This document shows, in pieces, positions 1 to 13,800 of a stretch of DNA of 64,000 nucleotides. The position numbers were made by a program, and so were the translations under genes. Under the pieces are notes generated by a model, which did not search any database, had not been told where the DNA came from, and was given only the letters and a program-made list of their open reading frames with translations. Position 1 is the stretch's first letter. Each line of letters starts with the position of its first letter. The stretch comes from Eledone cirrhosa (taxonomy: Eukaryota): contig OZ024740.1 in assembly GCA_964016885.1 (NCBI GenBank), forward strand, positions 136,710,001 through 136,774,000, in the 5' to 3' direction.

Positions 1-2745
<2,745 letters not shown>

Positions 2746-3417
2746 CATCATCATCATCATCATCAACGTTTAACGTCCGTGTTCCACGCTTGCATGGGTT
2801 TGGACGGGGGTAGTCCCACTTGAGGCAAGAGTGATTGTCTTGCTCGCATAGGACTGTCTGGCAGGTTTTCTACAGTTGGATGCCCTTCCTAACACCAACC
2901 ACATTTACAGTGTGGGTCTGGGAGGTTTTTACCGTGTTGCCTACACGGCCACATTACAGCGTGGACTGTGTGTTTTTTTGTCGTGACACCTACACGATCT
3001 CATTTGTTTCGGCCTCGATGGCGCGGCACCAACATAACTTTACATAGAACGGGGTGGTGTGGATCGGGTGGGGGTGGTGGGACGGGGTGTATTTGTTAGA
3101 GATGCCTACTGGCTGGAGTAGGTTTTACTATATATTTAGGTAAGGCGGGTCTTCTCTGTTACTGAGTACCGCCAAAGGTCTCGGTCCAGTGACATTGTCT
3201 TGGAGAGGTGTAAGTGTGTGATGTCGGAGTTTATCAGCTCGTCCCAGGTTTTTCTAGGTCTGCCTATTCCGTGACTACCGTCTATCTTTATTGCCCTGCA
3301 CTTTGTTATACAGCTATCGACTTTCATGCGCATCACGTGTCCATACCAACGTAGCCTTCTCTCGAGTAAACAACATCTGATCCCTCTTATCTCTAATTTA
3401 TTCCTTAGTTCGTTTAT
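2746..3417 (-). mobile_element. 5'-truncated RTE-clade LINE 3' fragment
   Basis: ...[13 protein letters not shown]...GRPRKTW...DRDLWR, then 3' UTR and a (TGA)n tail (read as (CAT)n at 2746-2765). Confidence 0.9.
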
Positions 3418-3467
3418 ATATATATATACATATATATATATACATATATATATACATATATATATAC

Positions 3468-3502
<35 letters not shown>

Positions 3503-3503
3503 C

Positions 3504-3588
<85 letters not shown>

Positions 3589-3625
3589 CATATACATATA
3601 TACATATATACATATACATATATAC

Positions 3626-3686
<61 letters not shown>

Positions 3687-3703
3687 CATATATATACATA
3701 TAC

Positions 3704-3734
<31 letters not shown>

Positions 3735-3989
3735 CATATATATACATATATATACATATACATATATATATATATACATATATATACATATACATATACA
3801 TATATATATATATACATATATATACATATACATATATATACATATATATACATATATATACATATACATATATACATATACATATATACATATACATATA
3901 CATATATATATATACATATACATATATATATATACATATATATATATACATATATACATATACATATATACATATACATATATATACAT
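3418..3989. repeat. (TA)n/CA microsatellite
   Basis: Dinucleotide repeat. Confidence 0.97.
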
Positions 3990-4890
3990 ATGCTCTGAAA
4001 GTACTGTAGCTAGAGTCAGAACTGGTTGGAAAAAGTTCAGAGAGCTTATACCACTATTAGCTGCTAAAGGGTTCTCCCTAAAAATGAAAGGCAGGTTGTA
4101 CGATGCCTGCATACGAACAGCAATGTTGCATGGTAGTGAGACCTGGGCATTGTGTGCAGAGGATATACGCAGACTAGAGAGGAACGAAGCTTGCATGCTC
4201 CGCTGGATGTGTAACAGTAATATACGTGAACGGCAAAGCATAAACGAACTAAGGAAAAAATTAGAGATAAGAGGGATCAGATGTTGTTTACTCGAGAGAA
4301 GGCTGCGTTGGTATGGACACGTGATGCGCATGAAAGTCGATAGCTGTATTACAAAGTGCAGGGCAATAAAGATAGACGGTAGCCACGGAATAGGCAGACC
4401 TAGAAAAACATGGGATGAGCTGATAAACTCCGACCTCATACACTTACACCTCTCCAAGACAATGTCACTGGACCGTGACCTTTGGCGGTACTCAGTAACA
4501 GAGAAGACCCGCGTTGCCAGTAGTCATCTCTAACAAACTACACCCCGTCACGCCACCACCCCCACCCCATCCACACCACCCCGTTCCATGTAAAGTTATG
4601 TTGGTGCCGCGCCATCCAGGCCGAAACAAACGAGATCGTGTAGGTGTCACGACAAAAAAACACACAGTCCACGCTGTAATGTGGCCGTGTAGGCAACACG
4701 GTAAAAACCTCCCAGACCCACACTGTAAATGTGGTTGGTGTTAGGAAGGGCATCCAACTGTAGAAAATCTGCCAGACAGTCCTATGCGAGCAAGACAATC
4801 ACTCTTGCCTCAAGTGGGACTACCCCCGTCCAAACCCATGCAAGCGTGGAACACGGACGTTAAACGTTGATGATGATGATGATGATGATG

Positions 4891-4892
<2 letters not shown>
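3990..4892 (+). mobile_element. 5'-truncated RTE-clade LINE 3' fragment, same subfamily as 2746-3417 and inverted to it
   Basis: ORF 4084-4533 ([23 protein letters not shown]), 3' UTR, (TGA)n tail. Confidence 0.92.
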
Positions 4893-4967
<75 letters not shown>

Positions 4968-5058
4968 CATATATACATATATATATATACATATATATAC
5001 ATATATATATATACATATATATACATATATATATATACATATATATACATATATATAC

Positions 5059-5109
<51 letters not shown>

Positions 5110-5118
5110 CATATATAC

Positions 5119-5155
<37 letters not shown>

Positions 5156-5156
5156 C

Positions 5157-5187
<31 letters not shown>

Positions 5188-5191
5188 CATA
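4893..5191. repeat. (TA)n/CA microsatellite
   Basis: Dinucleotide repeat. Confidence 0.95.
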
Positions 5192-7304
5192 TAAACAAAT
5201 CTAAGAGCAGAATCCCTAGAAATAGAAAAACGCTCATCAGAAAAATTAAGAGAACGAACAAAAAAAATCAACAAGCTGAAATACTGTCAGCAGCAACACA
5301 TCAACTTGACTGCCATTTCATCACTAGAGATTAAAAAACATAACCTCCAAAACAACATAATGTCCCTCATCAACAATCAGAGAAGAGCTGATGAGGCCTG
5401 GGCCATTGAGAAGATCAAACTCAATCCCAAAGTGTTCTTTTCATTTGCAAAAAAACACAAAATCACTGGCTCTACTGTTGGCCCTCTAATTGATGAAAAT
5501 GGCACTCTTCAAGACAATGCTAAAACCATGGGTGAGATACTGCAGAAACAATACTGCTCTGTTTTCAGCAATCCTGATATGGCCGATCTGGGCTGTATCG
5601 GCGATGTTACTCCCCATTACACCTTATCGGACATAACGTTTGGCGCCCCTGATGTCTTGGCGGCAATAAAGGAAATCAAGCATAATTCAGCAGTAGGTCC
5701 CGATAGGTTCCCTGCTTGTGTCTTGAGGGCGTGTCAACACCAACTTGCATCTCCTCTTGCCAATCTGTGGCGGAACTCACTGGATGCTGGATATGTGCCA
5801 GAAAACCTATCCCAGTCTGTTGTCCCAGTTTTCAAAAAGGGAAACAAATCCCTTGCCGTGAATTACCGTCCAATCTCACTCACCTCTCATATCATTAAGG
5901 TATTTGAGCGAGTGGTGAGATCGTGAATGACCCACTTCCTTGAGAGTAACAATATGCTGAACTCCAACCAGCATGGATTCCGTAATGGAAGGGATTGCCT
6001 GACGCAGCTACTGCATCACTTTGATGACATTTTGAGAGCCTTGGGAGAGGGTTCCAACACTGATGTTATCTACCTTGATTTCAGCAAGGCCTTTGACAGG
6101 GTTGATCATAACATTCTACTGAGAAAGCTGTCCAATATTGGTGTCACTGGAAAGCTGCTGCAGTGGATCAAGAGCTTCCTGTCAAACAGAACCCAACATG
6201 TTGTAGTTGAGGGAGTCAAATCAAGCCCAGCCAAAGTCAGTAGTGGGGTCCCACAAGGCACTGTGTTGGGCCCACTTCTCTTCATCATCTATATTAATGA
6301 CATCACTGACATCATCAAACACAGCAACATTAAAATTTTCGCTGATGATTCCAAGCTCCAAAAGGTCATCAATGGCGTGGATGACCGGATAAGCCTTCAG
6401 TCAGACCTACTGGCTGTTACCCAATGGGCAGAAAAGAACAACATGTTACTGAACGAAGACAAATTCGAACTGATCCACTTTGGAAAAGAGGATGCTCTGA
6501 AACTCCCGTACTCCCTTCCCTCCGGGGAAACTCTCGTGGCATCTAACAACATCAGAGACTTGGGAGTAACCGTGGACAGCAACATAAGCTGGACCACGCA
6601 TATAAGCAGCAAAGTTGACATGGCCCGCAGAATGTGTTCCTGGATCCTCAGAACCTTCCAGTCGAGAGATTCCCGCACCATTATCCTTCTCTTCTCTACT
6701 TTCGCCCGACCACACCTTGAATACTGTTGTCCACTGTGGCCTCCTACACGAAACAAAGTATCATGAAACTTGAAGCTCCTCAAAGGGCAATCACGAAAAA
6801 GATACATGGCATGTCAGACCTTGACTACTGGGGTCGATTAGAAAACCTGAAACTTTACTCACTCCAACGTCGCCGTGAGCGTTATATTATCTGCATGATG
6901 TGGAAAATGTTCCATCATCACTGCCCAAATGATGTTGGCATCGCCTTCAAGATACACCCAAGGCTTGGGCCCCGTGCTATCCATCCCATTCAAAAATCTA
7001 AATCGCAACTCATAACAACAATACGGCACAATTATTTCACCTCAATCGGCCCTGCTCTCTTCAACATCATACCAGGACACGTCAAAACAGAAACTGACCA
7101 CACAAAATTCAAGAAGTCTTTGGACAAATTCCTCCAAGTAATCCCGGACAAACCACTCACACCCGGATATGTCTCCGCAAACAGTAATTCTCTTCTCGAA
7201 TGGGCCATGGTGCCCAAATCCTGAATTGAAAGACTTCGCCAGGTGGTGCTATTAAGTTAGACATGGCCTGGGCCAATACTGGCCAAAACATTTCAAAGTT
7301 ATTA
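5192..7304 (+). mobile_element. 5'-truncated CR1/L2-group LINE, disrupted reverse transcriptase
   Basis: NYRPISLTS, DFSKAFDRVDH, SGVPQGTVLGPLLF, FADDSK, RPHLEYC, YSLQRRRER. In-frame TGA at 5924-5926 and a frameshift near 6740. Confidence 0.9.
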
Positions 7305-7455
7305 TATATACATATATATATACATATACATATATATACATATACATATATATACATATACATATATATATATACATACATATACATATATATATACATA
7401 CATATACATACATATACATATATATATATATATATATACATACATATACATATAC

Positions 7456-7504
<49 letters not shown>

Positions 7505-7517
7505 CATATATATATAC

Positions 7518-7568
<51 letters not shown>

Positions 7569-7581
7569 CATATATATATAC

Positions 7582-7646
<65 letters not shown>

Positions 7647-7686
7647 CATATATATACATATATATATATATATACATATATATACA

Positions 7687-7760
<74 letters not shown>

Positions 7761-7761
7761 C

Positions 7762-7822
<61 letters not shown>
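7305..7822. repeat. (TA)n/CA microsatellite
   Basis: Dinucleotide repeat. Confidence 0.95.
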
Positions 7823-7823
<1 letters not shown>

Positions 7824-8427
7824 GGTGGCTGCCAACTCGTTTTCGAGTACGGCCACTACTTTATATCCATGTAGGAGAACCCCTACCGATGCGCTGAACG
7901 ATTGTGAATTTTTAGTCCAGCCAGCGACTTGAAAACTCTGGTACAAACACTACACTTGTGTCAATTATTGACACAGTGCTGGGCCCATGGTACCATGTGA
8001 CGACAAGTGCAGAGAGATCTCCAGATATAAAGCAATGCCTGTGCCGTGAAGCTTTTATAGTGAGCAAAGGCACTGCACAAAGCCAGTCCCACTCTCTTAA
8101 CCAAGATGATATTTACCAAAAAGAAGAACAAGTCAACATCATTGGATACCATCAGGGTTGCAGGTGTTATATCAGAGTTTTCCTTCTCCTAGAATTCTGC
8201 CTTGACAAAGGCTAAGGGGTCATCTCTCCCAGTGATTTTGGATGGCCATTGACTCTTAAGAGACCTTTGCCCTTTGACAGGTTTTGTTTTTAGTCCTGCA
8301 GGATGTCCAAAGTCACCCTCCTCACCAAGAAACCTTGGTGGGGTTGCCAGTTTAGTCGCCAACGACCCGACCATGAGACAGGTTGTACTGGGATACATGT
8401 TACCAGTAGCACCAACTGGTGACCTGA

Positions 8428-9508
<1,081 letters not shown>

Positions 9509-9631
9509 GAATATAGACATAGAATATTCGAAAATATTCTGTATGTTTATAATAAACATTTTGAAGACCTAATCGCTATAGAATAGAATACGTCACGTAT
9601 TACAATTAGATTCTCGATAAAAGCAAGGGAA

Positions 9632-9674
9632 GTAATCTACGCGTTTCATTCTTATTAGAAATCTTCAGGACTAC
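9632..9674 (-). ncRNA. Hammerhead core, CUGAAGA variant, minus strand
   Basis: Same sequence as 9942-9984. Confidence 0.78.
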
Positions 9675-9941
9675 ATATCCAGTGCTTTTATCGAGAATGA
9701 CACAGCTAGAGACTTATAGAATACTTAGCTGTGTACAGGAACTGGTTTGAAAGAGCGGTTGCCGGTCCGGCAGAAATTAGAAATTGGAATAAATGCTCTG
9801 AAATAGCGATATATATGTGAATATAGACATAGAATATTCGAAAATATTCTGTATGTTTATAATAAACATTTTGAAGACCTAATCGCTATAGAATAGAATA
9901 CGTCACGTATTACAATTAGATTCTCGATAAAAGCAAGGGAA

Positions 9942-9984
9942 GTAATCTACGCGTTTCATTCTTATTAGAAATCTTCAGGACTAC
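9942..9984 (-). ncRNA. Hammerhead core, CUGAAGA variant, minus strand
   Basis: GUAGUC-CUGAAGA-UUUCU-AAUA-AGAAU-GAAA-CGCGUA-GAUUAC; U.U mismatch at the base of helix II. Confidence 0.78.
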
Positions 9985-10251
9985 ATATCCAGTGCTTTTA
10001 TCGAGAATGACACAGCTAGAGACTTATAGAATACTTAGCTGTGTACAGGAACTGGTTTGAAAGAGCGGTTGCCGGTCCGGCAGAAATTAGAAATTGGAAT
10101 AAATGCTCTGAAATAGCGATATATATGTGAATATAGACATAGAATATTCGAAAATATTCTGTATGTTTATAATAAACATTTTGAAGACCTAATCGCTATA
10201 GAATAGAATACGTCACGTATTACAATTAGATTCTCGATAAAAGCAAGGGAA

Positions 10252-10294
10252 GTAATCTACGCGTTTCATTCTTGTTAGAATTCATCAGGACTAC
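10252..10294 (-). ncRNA. Type I hammerhead ribozyme core on the minus strand (CUGAUGA variant)
   Basis: Exact reverse complement of the + strand core. Confidence 0.88.
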
Positions 10295-10718
10295 ATATCC
10301 AGTGCTTTTATCGAGAATGACACAGCTAGAGACTTATAGAATACTTAGCTGTGTACAGGAACTGGTTTGAAAGAGCGGTTGCCGGTCCGGCAGAAATTAG
10401 AAATTGGAATAAATGCTCTGAAATAGCGATATGTAGTCCTGATGAATTCTAACAAGAATGAAACGCGTAGATTACTTCCCTTGCTTTTATCGAGAATCTA
10501 ATTGTAATACGTGACGTATTCTATTCTATAGCGATTAGGTCTTCAAAATGTTTATTATAAACATACAGAATATTTTCGAATATTCTATGTCTATATTCAC
10601 ATATATATCGCTATTTCAGAGCATTTATTCCAATTTCTAATTTCTGCCGGACCGGCAACCGCTCTTTCAAACCAGTTCCTGTACACAGCTAAGTATTCTA
10701 TAAGTCTCTAGCTGTGTC

Positions 10719-10807
10719 ATTCTCGATAAAAGCACTGGATATGTAGTCCTGATGAATTCTAACAAGAATGAAACGCGTAGATTACTTCCCTTGCTTTTAT
10801 CGAGAAT
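10719..10807 (+). ncRNA. Type I hammerhead ribozyme, representative copy with extended helix I; 43-nt cores on + start at 10433, 10743, 11053, 11363, 11673, 11983, 12293, 12602, 12911, 13221, 13531, 13841, 14149, 14459, 14769, 15079, 15389, 15699
   Basis: Helix I GUAGUC/GAUUAC; core CUGAUGA; helix II AUUCU-AACA-AGAAU; GAAA; palindromic helix III ACGCGU; cleavage triplet GUA (predicted cut 10779^10780). Distal perfect 16-bp helix 10719-10734/10792-10807. Confidence 0.9.
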
Positions 10808-13800
10808 CTAATTGTAATACGTGACGTATTCTATTCTATAGCGATTAGGTCTTCAAAATGTTTATTATAAACATACAGAATATTTTCGAATATTCTATGT
10901 CTATATTCACATATATATCGCTATTTCAGAGCATTTATTCCAATTTCTAATTTCTGCCGGACCGGCAACCGCTCTTTCAAACCAGTTCCTGTACACAGCT
11001 AAGTATTCTATAAGTCTCTAGCTGTGTCATTCTCGATAAAAGCACTGGATATGTAGTCCTGATGAATTCTAACAAGAATGAAACGCGTAGATTACTTCCC
11101 TTGCTTTTATCGAGAATCTAATTGTAATACGTGACGTATTCTATTCTATAGCGATTAGGTCTTCAAAATGTTTATTATAAACATACAGAATATTTTCGAA
11201 TATTCTATGTCTATATTCACATATATATCGCTATTTCAGAGCATTTATTCCAATTTCTAATTTCTGCCGGACCGGCAACCGCTCTTTCAAACCAGTTCCT
11301 GTACACAGCTAAGTATTCTATAAGTCTCTAGCTGTGTCATTCTCGATAAAAGCACTGGATATGTAGTCCTGATGAATTCTAACAAGAATGAAACGCGTAG
11401 ATTACTTCCCTTGCTTTTATCGAGAATCTAATTGTAATACGTGACGTATTCTATTCTATAGCGATTAGGTCTTCAAAATGTTTATTATAAACATACAGAA
11501 TATTTTCGAATATTCTATGTCTATATTCACATATATATCGCTATTTCAGAGCATTTATTCCAATTTCTAATTTCTGCCGGACCGGCAACCGCTCTTTCAA
11601 ACCAGTTCCTGTACACAGCTAAGTATTCTATAAGTCTCTAGCTGTGTCATTCTCGATAAAAGCACTGGATATGTAGTCCTGATGAATTCTAACAAGAATG
11701 AAACGCGTAGATTACTTCCCTTGCTTTTATCGAGAATCTAATTGTAATACGTGACGTATTCTATTCTATAGCGATTAGGTCTTCAAAATGTTTATTATAA
11801 ACATACAGAATATTTTCGAATATTCTATGTCTATATTCACATATATATCGCTATTTCAGAGCATTTATTCCAATTTCTAATTTCTGCCGGACCGGCAACC
11901 GCTCTTTCAAACCAGTTCCTGTACACAGCTAAGTATTCTATAAGTCTCTAGCTGTGTCATTCTCGATAAAAGCACTGGATATGTAGTCCTGATGAATTCT
12001 AACAAGAATGAAACGCGTAGATTACTTCCCTTGCTTTTATCGAGAATCTAATTGTAATACGTGACGTATTCTATTCTATAGCGATTAGGTCTTCAAAATG
12101 TTTATTATAAACATACAGAATATTTTCGAATATTCTATGTCTATATTCACATATATATCGCTATTTCAGAGCATTTATTCCAATTTCTAATTTCTGCCGG
12201 ACCGGCAACCGCTCTTTCAAACCAGTTCCTGTACACAGCTAAGTATTCTATAAGTCTCTAGCTGTGTCATTCTCGATAAAAGCACTGGATATGTAGTCCT
12301 GATGAATTCTAACAAGAATGAACGCGTAGATTACTTCCCTTGCTTTTATCGAGAATCTAATTGTAATACGTGACGTATTCTATTCTATAGCGATTAGGTC
12401 TTCAAAATGTTTATTATAAACATACAGAATATTTTCGAATATTCTATGTCTATATTCACATATATATCGCTATTTCAGAGCATTTATTCCAATTTCTAAT
12501 TTCTGCCGGACCGGCAACCGCTCTTTCAAACCAGTTCCTGTACACAGCTAAGTATTCTATAAGTCTCTAGCTGTGTCATTCTCGATAAAAGCACTGGATA
12601 TGTAGTCCTGATGAATTCTAACAAGAATGAAACGCGTAGATTACTTCCCTTGCTTTTATCGAGAATCTAATTGTAATACGTGACGTATTCTATTCTATAG
12701 CGATTAGGTCTTCAAAATGTTTATTATAAACATACAGAATATTTTCGAATATTCTATGTCTATATTCACATATATATCGCTATTTCAGAGCATTTATTCC
12801 AATTCTAATTTCTGCCGGACCGGCAACCGCTCTTTCAAACCAGTTCCTGTACACAGCTAAGTATTCTATAAGTCTCTAGCTGTGTCATTCTCGATAAAAG
12901 CACTGGATATGTAGTCCTGATGAATTCTAACAAGAATGAAACGCGTAGATTACTTCCCTTGCTTTTATCGAGAATCTAATTGTAATACGTGACGTATTCT
13001 ATTCTATAGCGATTAGGTCTTCAAAATGTTTATTATAAACATACAGAATATTTTCGAATATTCTATGTCTATATTCACATATATATCGCTATTTCAGAGC
13101 ATTTATTCCAATTTCTAATTTCTGCCGGACCGGCAACCGCTCTTTCAAACCAGTTCCTGTACACAGCTAAGTATTCTATAAGTCTCTAGCTGTGTCATTC
13201 TCGATAAAAGCACTGGATATGTAGTCCTGATGAATTCTAACAAGAATGAAACGCGTAGATTACTTCCCTTGCTTTTATCGAGAATCTAATTGTAATACGT
13301 GACGTATTCTATTCTATAGCGATTAGGTCTTCAAAATGTTTATTATAAACATACAGAATATTTTCGAATATTCTATGTCTATATTCACATATATATCGCT
13401 ATTTCAGAGCATTTATTCCAATTTCTAATTTCTGCCGGACCGGCAACCGCTCTTTCAAACCAGTTCCTGTACACAGCTAAGTATTCTATAAGTCTCTAGC
13501 TGTGTCATTCTCGATAAAAGCACTGGATATGTAGTCCTGATGAATTCTAACAAGAATGAAACGCGTAGATTACTTCCCTTGCTTTTATCGAGAATCTAAT
13601 TGTAATACGTGACGTATTCTATTCTATAGCGATTAGGTCTTCAAAATGTTTATTATAAACATACAGAATATTTTCGAATATTCTATGTCTATATTCACAT
13701 ATATATCGCTATTTCAGAGCATTTATTCCAATTTCTAATTTCTGCCGGACCGGCAACCGCTCTTTCAAACCAGTTCCTGTACACAGCTAAGTATTCTATA

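Noticed and set aside
8345-8427. HDV-like ribozyme on the minus strand (CCAGT...GTCG-TTGG-CGAC-TAA-ACTGG)
   Set aside because: P2-, P4- and J4/2-like pieces exist, but I could not build P1, P3 and L3 with correct geometry.
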